A stretch of 64,000 bases of DNA from the NCBI GenBank assembly GCA_016787995.1, contig JAEUTB010000117.1, forward strand, positions 5,031 to 69,030. The letters run 5' to 3'. The position numbers were made by a program, and so were the translations under genes. This DNA is from Flavobacteriales bacterium. GTDB taxonomy: Bacteria; Bacteroidota; Bacteroidia; Flavobacteriales_F; PHOS-HE28. This document shows positions 56,713 through 64,000 of the stretch, one piece after another (positions within the stretch are counted from its first letter, which is position 1; the number at the start of each line of letters is the position of its first letter). The notes under the pieces are model-generated. The model ran no database searches. It was not told where the DNA came from and saw only the letters and a program-made list of their open reading frames with translations.

Positions 56713-59700
56713 CTAGGGCGCGAGGATGATGATCCGTCCGGTCTGGCGATGCTCGCCGGATAGAAGCACGAGCTCATACGCACCAGCCGCCAGCCATGGT
56801 AGCGCCAGCTCCAGTGTTCCGTTCAGGGTCGGGACAGAGGGGACATTGAGCACCGTGCGACCTGCTGCATCCAGGATCAGGATGCGGTGGTCGTTCAACG
56901 CATCGGTCGTCATGACACGGATCGAGCCCCCTGATGGTACCGGATTCGGGCTCAACACCAACGGGCCATCAGCCGACACTTCATGGATGCCCACGCCGGT
57001 CAGGGTCACATCCATGACATCAGGTATCGTTCGGATCACCATGGGGTTGCCCGCCAGATCCCGTGCTTGGCTCACTTCCACATCCACACCATTCACATCA
57101 ACGATCGATGCTTGCACGCCATGGACCGCTTCATGTGTGGATCCACTGGACCAGGCTGACAAGGCAGGATCGAGGATCAGCGATCCCGAAAGTGTACCAT
57201 CGAAGACGATGTGTGGTGGCATGTCAGCGTCCATCACTTCGTCGAAGGTGGTGGTCATGATAAAGCCTTCCGGTCCGACGTGTGCATCCGTTATCACCGC
57301 TGGGTCCGCCGTGGCCGACAATAGTCGTGGATTGCGTGTATCCACCAGAATGCTGAGACCGCTCAGGGTTCCAGCCGTGATCCTATTGCCATGCACATCA
57401 CGAGCCAGGGAGATCCCGATATCCACGCCGTCGACCTCCACTTCAAGATCTGTCACCTCAAAGGCAGCGCGGAAGGTCGTAGGATCGATCCAGCTGCTTT
57501 CGTTCGGGGAGTAGATCAAGCTGCCGCTCAGTGCGTCGGGCTGCGTTGTCGCGATGAATGGTAGTACGGACGTGTCCATGCTTTCGGAGAACGAGAGCTG
57601 CACGGCCCATTGATCCGCATCGGCTGACGCATCATTGATGACCGTGGTTGCCGGCACTGCCGATGTAACGGTCGGCTTTCGCGTGTCGATGCTGAACACA
57701 TCCTCCCAGAGATCAGGCACCACACTATTCCCAGCGATGTCCTTGAGGCCTTCCACGCTGATGTCCAGACCCAGGAGTTCCACCTCGTTACCCGAAAGTG
57801 AATAGGTGATCTGGCACGTATGGTCATCGTTCCAGTAGCTCATCAAGGCCACACGCGTCAACGATCCATCCAGCGGATCCGCACCGCTGAAGATGACGAG
57901 CGGGGCGATGGTCTGATCCATGGCCTCGTCGAACGTCAGAGATAGTTGTTGAGCGAGGGAGCCCACGTCTTCCATCGTGAGGAACGCGTCCGTCGCCTCC
58001 AAGGTCAGGGTCGTTGGTGCTTTAAGGTCGATGGCGAAGACCGCTTCCGCTGTGAAAGGCAGTTGGATGTTACCGACCGCATCGGAGGAGCCCACAGCGG
58101 CAACGGTGATGGCCGGTATCTCCGATGTGCCATCCAACAGGGCGAATACCGCCACATACTCCTGATCGTTGATCCAGCTGCTCTCCTCCTCCTGCAAGAC
58201 CAATAGTGCCGTTGGATCCGATGACGCGGTGAAGGTGATCGTGGGCTGTGTCGAAGGGTCGCCTGCTTCATCGAACGTTACATGGACGCGAACAGATGCG
58301 GGACCGATATCATTCCGAGTGTAGATCGGCTGTTCGGTGGTGATGGAGAGCACTTCAGGAAAGCGTGTGTCGATGATGAAGGCATTAGCTTGGGCGTAGG
58401 GCGCCATCGTTCGACCTTGAGGATCCATGGCCCCGCTCACGATCAGGTCGATGTCGCGTAGATCATGCTGACCGTTCAACAGGGTCGTCGAGATCTCCAC
58501 CCGATCAGGAGCGGTCCACGTCTGTGTGAAGGGAGCGAAACTCGGTGTGGCCATGGGGTCATCGGAGGGGAAAGAGACCACCAGCGTGGAGGTCGGGTCC
58601 ATGGCCCTGTCGAACTGGAAGACCATGGTGAACGGGGATCCACTTTGTACCGGGCCCAGAACGTCATGGCTCATCGCCGTTCCCACCACACGAGGCGGGC
58701 CTTCGTTGAAGTACTGGTCGGCAAGTCCTACGACTTGCGGCCCTAGCTGCATGCCGATAGTACGACCGGGGATGTCGTCCATCGCCGGATGGATACCGCC
58801 CCAGATCCGCGAAAGGCTGCAGGCATCGGAGGCATCGCGATAGGTGGCCCACTGGAGCCTCACCTCCTCATCCGGGCCATCCTCGAACACGAGGAACTCA
58901 TTCTGGGGGATCACGTATTCGATCATGCCGCCAGGGAAGTATGGACTGCCGGTGATCGCCGTAAGCACTTCCGCTGCTGTGCGTGAATAGGTGCTGTGTC
59001 CTGAGATGAAACCTGCGAAGGGAGGTGTCACGAATGTCGGGCGTTGGTAAGGCCACCAATCCTCGGCGAGTATCCAACCTACACCGGCCACATCACTGCC
59101 AGGATCGGTCACATAGGATGGTCCGCGATAGGTGTAGAGTTTGATCTTGTACAGGTCTTCCTGTCCCGGTCCTTCCAATGGATCTCCAGGCATTACCTGT
59201 TCGATGAAACCCGCTATGATCGGCATCCCTGCAGGATCATAGCGAGGACCTTGTGGGTCGGAGCATTGACCACGGTCACCCATGAACCGAATGGCACTGA
59301 CAGGCCGCACTGAGTCGTAATATCCCTTGATGCCCCAAGCGGTGATGGCGGCATCATGCATGGCACTACCCAGTGCGAAATGCGCCTTCACATCGTACTC
59401 AAGCGTATCCAACTCCGGCCCTGCACCCAGCCAACGACGGTGGAAGCCTGGAAGATCCATCACGTTGTGCAGGATCTCGAACCAATGACCGGGAGGCGTT
59501 TCGCTGTCCACACCATCAGCCCAGAATTCGGCCAGTACGCGGGTGTAGTTGCCTCGGTCGACAAGGTTCGGTGCGTACGGTTGTCCTGTCACCGGGTTAA
59601 GGGAATGTCCGGGACTGTTGTCACCCCCGTTGAGCAGGTCGTAGAATGCAGCATATTCCGCTGGAGTGGTGGGGTAGTTGGAACTATTCCCGATCGAGCC

Positions 59701-60606
59701 TGGCGATATATCCCAGGTAACGTCCTGGGCAGGGTCCAAGTGCGACTGCCAGATACTCACCATCGCATGGTTCCACTTGAAGAAGGACTCCAGCCCCTCG
59801 TTCGATGCTGGATCCAGTTGTGCAGGTCCTCCGGGATCCAAATACACCTTCCAGGAATGACCATCGCGCGTGTATGTCGTGCTCTGGGCTGCTGAGAGGC
59901 TGAAGGGATGAACGTTCCCCCATTCCGCACCCACGAATGGCGGTGTGGAGGATACCGGATTCCCGGCTTGATCGATGGATGTCGGAAGCGTGATCGGTTG
60001 CCAACGGTTAGGGTCCGCCATGGCCGGATTGCCGGGTAGTATCATTTGCAGGCTGGCGTTCGCCGGTGTGTAGTATTGATTGGCGTAGTTGCCATTCTCG
60101 TTACTGCCGTCCTGCAAGCCGAACATGATGTAATGATGGGCGATGTAGTTGCCCAGCGCAGCCGGTCCTCCGGTAGAGGGGTCCATTCCCGTGAAAGTCC
60201 TGTCGTATCCCAAGCTGTCCATCAAGTGGTTCAACCTTGCAGAGGTGACCTCGAAGCCTGGAGAATTCAGGAACCGATGCCGTAGCAATCGATACGTGGC
60301 GAAACTCATGGCCTCTTTCTGCGCAGCCGAGCGGTCAGAAGGGGTGGTCAAGGCGGGGAATGGACAGGTGTAGTTCCCGTTTGTTCGACCAAGCATCCAG
60401 GGCTGCGCACTTGGCACATATGCTGCCCATGCATCATACATCGCTGCATTCACATGGAAGAGGTTGCGCGCGTGCACCGGAGGCCTGGCCAGGTCGTTGC
60501 GGATCGCCTTCAAGGTCTGGTCGTTCCATACCCGTACTAGGCTATGCTGGGCTGTCGCTTGCCTTGCTGCGAGTAGGGACCAGAACGCTAGTATGAGGTG
60601 CTTCAT
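56713..60606 (-). CDS. PAP2-superfamily, vanadium-dependent-haloperoxidase-like enzyme fused to ~6 Ig-like repeats and a T9SS type-A sorting domain
   Basis: Start set at MKHLILAFWSLLAARQATAQ (ATG 60606). All three PAP2/VHPO motifs are present in order: K-x6-RP (KGYYDSVRP), SGH (FISGHSTYS), SR-x5-H-x3-D (SRIWGGIHPAMD). The C-terminal ~700 aa is ~110-aa units each ending ...IDT(R/K)xP. C-terminal LVLSPNPVPSGGSIRV...GAYELVLLS...RIIILAP. Confidence 0.7.
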   Translation of the reverse strand: MKHLILAFWSLLAARQATAQHSLVRVWNDQTLKAIRNDLARPPVHARNLFHVNAAMYDAWAAYVPSAQPWMLGRTNGNYTCPFPALTTPSDRSAAQKEAMSFATYRLLRHRFLNSPGFEVTSARLNHLMDSLGYDRTFTGMDPSTGGPAALGNYIAHHYIMFGLQDGSNENGNYANQYYTPANASLQMILPGNPAMADPNRWQPITLPTSIDQAGNPVSSTPPFVGAEWGNVHPFSLSAAQSTTYTRDGHSWKVYLDPGGPAQLDPASNEGLESFFKWNHAMVSIWQSHLDPAQDVTWDISPGSIGNSSNYPTTPAEYAAFYDLLNGGDNSPGHSLNPVTGQPYAPNLVDRGNYTRVLAEFWADGVDSETPPGHWFEILHNVMDLPGFHRRWLGAGPELDTLEYDVKAHFALGSAMHDAAITAWGIKGYYDSVRPVSAIRFMGDRGQCSDPQGPRYDPAGMPIIAGFIEQVMPGDPLEGPGQEDLYKIKLYTYRGPSYVTDPGSDVAGVGWILAEDWWPYQRPTFVTPPFAGFISGHSTYSRTAAEVLTAITGSPYFPGGMIEYVIPQNEFLVFEDGPDEEVRLQWATYRDASDACSLSRIWGGIHPAMDDIPGRTIGMQLGPQVVGLADQYFNEGPPRVVGTAMSHDVLGPVQSGSPFTMVFQFDRAMDPTSTLVVSFPSDDPMATPSFAPFTQTWTAPDRVEISTTLLNGQHDLRDIDLIVSGAMDPQGRTMAPYAQANAFIIDTRFPEVLSITTEQPIYTRNDIGPASVRVHVTFDEAGDPSTQPTITFTASSDPTALLVLQEEESSWINDQEYVAVFALLDGTSEIPAITVAAVGSSDAVGNIQLPFTAEAVFAIDLKAPTTLTLEATDAFLTMEDVGSLAQQLSLTFDEAMDQTIAPLVIFSGADPLDGSLTRVALMSYWNDDHTCQITYSLSGNEVELLGLDISVEGLKDIAGNSVVPDLWEDVFSIDTRKPTVTSAVPATTVINDASADADQWAVQLSFSESMDTSVLPFIATTQPDALSGSLIYSPNESSWIDPTTFRAAFEVTDLEVEVDGVDIGISLARDVHGNRITAGTLSGLSILVDTRNPRLLSATADPAVITDAHVGPEGFIMTTTFDEVMDADMPPHIVFDGTLSGSLILDPALSAWSSGSTHEAVHGVQASIVDVNGVDVEVSQARDLAGNPMVIRTIPDVMDVTLTGVGIHEVSADGPLVLSPNPVPSGGSIRVMTTDALNDHRILILDAAGRTVLNVPSVPTLNGTLELALPWLAAGAYELVLLSGEHRQTGRIIILAP

Positions 60607-60869
60607 CGATGGTAGGTTCGGAGCACGGTACCCATGGTTGACCATCGTCAGGTGGTGTTGGAGGTTCGATTTCTAGCCCCATTTCTATCCACTTCTACCT
60701 TGCTCACGCGTGCCAAGCCCGGACCCATGACCGTCATGTTGCCCTTAGGATGAAAGGCAGATCCACATGACCATGGCGAATGGCCCAGAGTGTCGAATGC
60801 GCAGTAAGAGGTGATTCCGAGAGAAAGAGAGAGGTGCATGGTGAGAGCATGCACGCTGCAAGGATAACG

Positions 60870-60886
60870 ATTCCGATGATCGGAAT
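60870..60886. promoter_or_regulatory. perfect 17-bp palindrome ATTCCGAT-G-ATCGGAAT in a 710-nt divergent intergenic region
   Basis: 8-bp arms with a single central base, too tight for an RNA hairpin and so most consistent with a dimeric DNA-binding-protein site. It lies between the divergently transcribed genes starting at 60606 (-) and 61317 (+). Confidence 0.45.
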
Positions 60887-61097
60887 GCAAGTCACCAGAA
60901 CCAATGTCCCCGCGCCCCAATTGTGCATGCGCGATCCAGGAAGGTTGGGGGTGAATGGTCTTTGCACCCCGAACCTAGGTCGTTCAATTGGTGCGTGTTC
61001 GCGTGTTTCTTGGTTCTGGTTGAGAAATAATTCGAGCTGAACTTGCTTTTTGCGTTCTCAAACCCTTTACATTGGCTTCGCTCTAGACGTACCACTC

Positions 61098-61140
61098 CTC
61101 TCAATCTCTTCTCTCACCTCTCTTACACCTCCCTCACTTC
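61098..61140 (+). promoter_or_regulatory. CT-rich element with CTCTCA boxes ~180-220 nt upstream of the 61317 start
   Basis: CCTCTCAATCTCTTCTCTCACCTCTCTTACACCTCCCTCACTTC. Two further CTCTCA boxes occur at 61291 and 61311, the latter directly abutting the ATG. Confidence 0.5.
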
Positions 61141-61316
61141 CCTACAACACTTCCTTACACGTTGCTCAGTTCGTTCGTCGCACCCTAGGTGTGGCTGCGA
61201 CTGAGTTTCTGCTGCGCCGGATCTTCCGCCTCTACGGTCGGTCCTACCTGTGGAAGGCGTGCACCCTTGCCCGCTTTCCTGTTCCCTTCACTCTCATAAA
61301 CCAAACCCGTCTCTCA

Positions 61317-64000
61317 ATGAACTTTACCCAACGGATCCTCGGATCCATTCAACTGGCAAGCCGTAAAGGGCGTGCGTTCGCCTTGGGCGCGCTCTCCCTT
61401 GCGGTATGCGGTGATTCCACCGCCCAGCTCAGCACGTTACAGGGCAGTTACGACCTCTCGGTCACCTCGGGCACTTACTCTCCGCTGGTGGGTGGGGAGG
61501 TGAGCTACTCCTACACGCCACCCGGTGTCGCGGGCTTCTTCGGTACCACGTATAACAACGTGTTCTACTACCCCGATCCAGGGCTGCTGAACGGCTTGGC
61601 CAACAACTCGACCGATCCGTTCCTCGCTTCTGGCTATCCACTTCCGTTCCCCTTCACCTTCAATGGTGTCACTTGGGACAGGGTGGCGTTCGCGAAGGCA
61701 GGCTACATCTCTTTCGGCAGTTCTTCACTCGCCATTCCGGTGTGGATGCCCCAGCACGGTGGGTCCGAGATCTTCAACTCGGCGACCACCCCGTTCTCAT
61801 CAGGTACTACCTCTTATGCGCGCGGTGAGGTGTTGGAGCAACGCTCACGTGTCGGCTTCGCACATACGGGTGGCCCTTGGGGTAAGAGCCCTGGCGTCAT
61901 GCTCATCAAAGTGGGTGTGCAAGGAACGGCGCCCAACCGCACTTACGTAGTGCAGTACGAGAACTTCGAAACGGGCAATGCTGCCATGACCGGTAACTTC
62001 CAGATCCGGTTGAGCGAAGGTGGTGGCAACCCCAACAACCAGAGCGTATCGATCGCGTTCGGGTCCTTCACCTGGCCGACGACCGTGTCGACCGCCATCG
62101 GTCTGGCCGGTTCTACCAATGCCGATTGGTACACGCTCGAAGGCACTTTCGCCGCTCCAACGCTCGGCGCTTCGAATTCGGCTACGATGAGTTTGGGTGG
62201 AGCGAACGTTCCTACCAGTGGTCTGACCTACACGTGGACACCGAAGAATACCGCTTGCGTGCCGCAAGCCACCGTTCCAGTGTCGGAGCTGAAGCCGACT
62301 TCCGCCACGATCCAATGGGTCGATAATGGCGCCTCTTCCCATGACTACGAAGTACGTGCTCAGGATGTCTCAGGCATGGGCGCTGATGGCCTGCCGGGTT
62401 CTGGTGGAGCCGTTGCTTCTGGTAATGTGCCTTCGGGAACGTTCAACGTTTCGGTCACCGGACTTACTTCGAACACCACCTACTATGCCTATGTGCGCAG
62501 CACCTGCAGCGCTACCGGTGCTTGGAGCCTTGCGGGTAAGTTCACCACTCCGCTCGATTGCGGTGCAGCTTTCAACTTCTCCGCGGCTACCGGCACCTAC
62601 GGCGCTCAAAGCGTAACGCGCATCTGCTCAAGCACACCGGGTGAAGCGGCCGTGGCCACCTTCTCTTCGTTGACCCTTGCCGATTGGAACGCCGATCGCC
62701 AAACCTCGTTGTATGTGTTCAACGGTCCGAGCACTTCAGGTGATCAGCTCTACAACAGCGCCCCGGCTGCATCTACTGCTGGAGCTCTATACTACATCCC
62801 GGCTGGAGGTCTGCGCGCCGCAGCGTTGCCCCCCACTGTGGTCAGCAGTCATCCAAGTGGATGCTTGACCTTCAAGCTGGTTTCCTTCCAAGGAGCCAGT
62901 TGGAATGCTGCAGTGACCTGTCAGCCGCTTCCCACCTGTTTCCCCCCCTCTGGTGTAACGGCATCTTCCACTGGCCCGCAGGGCGGAACGTTCACGTGGA
63001 CGGGCACCTCGTCCGAACATCAATACCGTATCGTGGCCAACGGTGCACCAGCAACGGCGGCGGCCCTCGCTGAGGGCATCAGCGCGACGGTACCGGTCAC
63101 GGTAACGGATGTGGACCTTGTGGGTGGAACCACCTACACTCTTTACGTACGCGGCATCTGTGCACCTGGCGATACCAGTGCGTGGACGAACGCGTACAAC
63201 TTCACCACTGCACCAGGTTGCGGTGGACCGTTCAACAACGCGGGATACAACGTATTGGTGAACTATCCGATCAATACGGATGCCACCTACACCGTTTGCC
63301 CCAATTCCGGTGGTGATGTGGTCACGGTGACCTTCACGGATTTCTCCGTGGGTAGCGGTGACCGTTTCTACGTGTTCGATGGACCGACCACAGCGGATGG
63401 CATGCTGGCTTCCAGCACCGCCGCAGTGGGCTCCTTCCCATTTGGTGGCTACACAGGGACAGCATTGCCTGGACCCTTTACCAGCACACACCCTACCGGA
63501 TGTCTCACATTCCGCCTGCGCGCCAACGGCACAAGTGATGGATTCGGAGTTGGTAGTGAACACGGCTTCCTGGCGAACGTCACGTGCGCGCCTGCACCAG
63601 CCTGCTCGGTTCCCAATAGCGTGACCATTTCCTCCGTGGGGGGCAATTCAGCGGTGGTCTCTTGGGTGGGCGGCGGCTCGTCCTACATCGTGGAATACGG
63701 TGCTCCCGGGTTCACGCCGGGTACCGGGGTTACCGCCGGTAGTGGCAGCAGCACGGTGGTCACCAACGTGACCTCCCCGTACACCATCACTGGCCTTTCT
63801 CCGACCACGAATTACAAGGTGGTAGTGCGTCAGGTCTGCGCTGGCCCGGTCTATTCGTCGAATTCCTTCCCCGTGAATTTCGTCACCTCCATCGATTGCG
63901 CGACAGCCACCGTGCTGGCATGCGGCGAACTGGCTACGGTCACAGCGGTGTTCGGAGCGGAGGGCAATCCAGCTTATGCATTGGGCAACTACGCGAATGC
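61317..64000 (+). CDS. large secreted multidomain protein (3' truncated by the window end), a distant member of the 42306/45037/47772 family; not present in the supplied ORF track
   Basis: I hand-translated frame 3 from ATG 61317 without a stop through ~61980, and the track lists no frame-3 ORF anywhere to nt 64000, consistent with one uninterrupted frame. MNFTQRILGSIQLASRKGRAFALGALSLAVCGDSTAQ signal. GYPLPFPFTFNGVTWDRVAFAKAGYISFG and APNRTYVVQYENFE...GNFQIRLSEGGG head. Three Fn3-like signatures (TTYYAYVRSTCSATGAWSLAGKFTT, TTYTLYVRGICAPGDTSAWTNAYNFTT, TNYKVVVRQVCAGPVYSSNSFPVNFVT). CUB-like LYVFNGPSTSGDQLY and RFYVFDGPTTADGML. Confidence 0.85.
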   Translation, partial: MNFTQRILGSIQLASRKGRAFALGALSLAVCGDSTAQLSTLQGSYDLSVTSGTYSPLVGGEVSYSYTPPGVAGFFGTTYNNVFYYPDPGLLNGLANNSTDPFLASGYPLPFPFTFNGVTWDRVAFAKAGYISFGSSSLAIPVWMPQHGGSEIFNSATTPFSSGTTSYARGEVLEQRSRVGFAHTGGPWGKSPGVMLIKVGVQGTAPNRTYVVQYENFETGNAAMTGNFQIRLSEGGGNPNNQSVSIAFGSFTWPTTVSTAIGLAGSTNADWYTLEGTFAAPTLGASNSATMSLGGANVPTSGLTYTWTPKNTACVPQATVPVSELKPTSATIQWVDNGASSHDYEVRAQDVSGMGADGLPGSGGAVASGNVPSGTFNVSVTGLTSNTTYYAYVRSTCSATGAWSLAGKFTTPLDCGAAFNFSAATGTYGAQSVTRICSSTPGEAAVATFSSLTLADWNADRQTSLYVFNGPSTSGDQLYNSAPAASTAGALYYIPAGGLRAAALPPTVVSSHPSGCLTFKLVSFQGASWNAAVTCQPLPTCFPPSGVTASSTGPQGGTFTWTGTSSEHQYRIVANGAPATAAALAEGISATVPVTVTDVDLVGGTTYTLYVRGICAPGDTSAWTNAYNFTTAPGCGGPFNNAGYNVLVNYPINTDATYTVCPNSGGDVVTVTFTDFSVGSGDRFYVFDGPTTADGMLASSTAAVGSFPFGGYTGTALPGPFTSTHPTGCLTFRLRANGTSDGFGVGSEHGFLANVTCAPAPACSVPNSVTISSVGGNSAVVSWVGGGSSYIVEYGAPGFTPGTGVTAGSGSSTVVTNVTSPYTITGLSPTTNYKVVVRQVCAGPVYSSNSFPVNFVTSIDCATATVLACGELATVTAVFGAEGNPAYALGNYAN

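Noticed and set aside
54194-57514. Plus-strand ORFs 54194..55093, 55637..56449 and 56726..57514 opposite the CRTAC1-like and VHPO-like genes
   Set aside because: These are antisense shadows. The minus-strand frames carry FG-GAP, UnbV, PAP2 and T9SS signatures.
1-64000. Search for mobile elements, prophage genes, defence systems (CRISPR-Cas, RM, TA, retron/DGR reverse transcriptase)
   Set aside because: No transposase, integrase, Cas, methylase/endonuclease or RT motifs, and no terminal inverted repeats, were recognised in any frame. Absence is by eye only.

Overview
GC-rich Bacteroidota-type chromosomal segment; I saw no rRNA, tRNA, CRISPR array, transposase or integrase. The first ~14 kb is housekeeping: a DUF5686-like outer-membrane protein (5' truncated), an RND/MMPL exporter, rfbA, a polyprenyl synthase, a TIGR01777 oxidoreductase and sucA-sucB. 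From about 14.2 kb to the window end the sequence is dominated by type IX secretion system (T9SS) cargo genes, which take up roughly three quarters of that span. Twelve proteins in the whole window carry a recognisable T9SS C-terminal sorting domain, nine type A and three type B. The main elements are: (1) a ~3250-aa type-B adhesin with about 31 tandem ~88-aa two-Cys repeats, followed directly by a PorP/SprF gene and a PorE-like TPR/beta-propeller/CRD/OmpA gene; (2) a LuxR response regulator and propeller/Y_Y_Y histidine kinase pair just upstream of a translationally coupled operon of two type-B cargos and a Lys-C-like serine protease; (3) three tandem paralogous ~870-920-aa cargos, plus a fourth, more divergent member that runs off the 3' end and is absent from the supplied ORF track; (4) a minus-strand operon encoding a vanadium-haloperoxidase-like PAP2 enzyme fused to Ig-like repeats and a CRTAC1/ASPIC FG-GAP protein. 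The most interesting unexplained signal is non-coding. A CTCTCA(C) polypyrimidine box recurs in sense orientation in the 5' regions of the secretome genes, sometimes directly against the start codon, and is absent upstream of the housekeeping genes. A CTTGTAGRATAT box is also shared by the two-component-system promoter and the adjacent cargo operon. All family assignments come from reading motifs by eye; no database search was possible.
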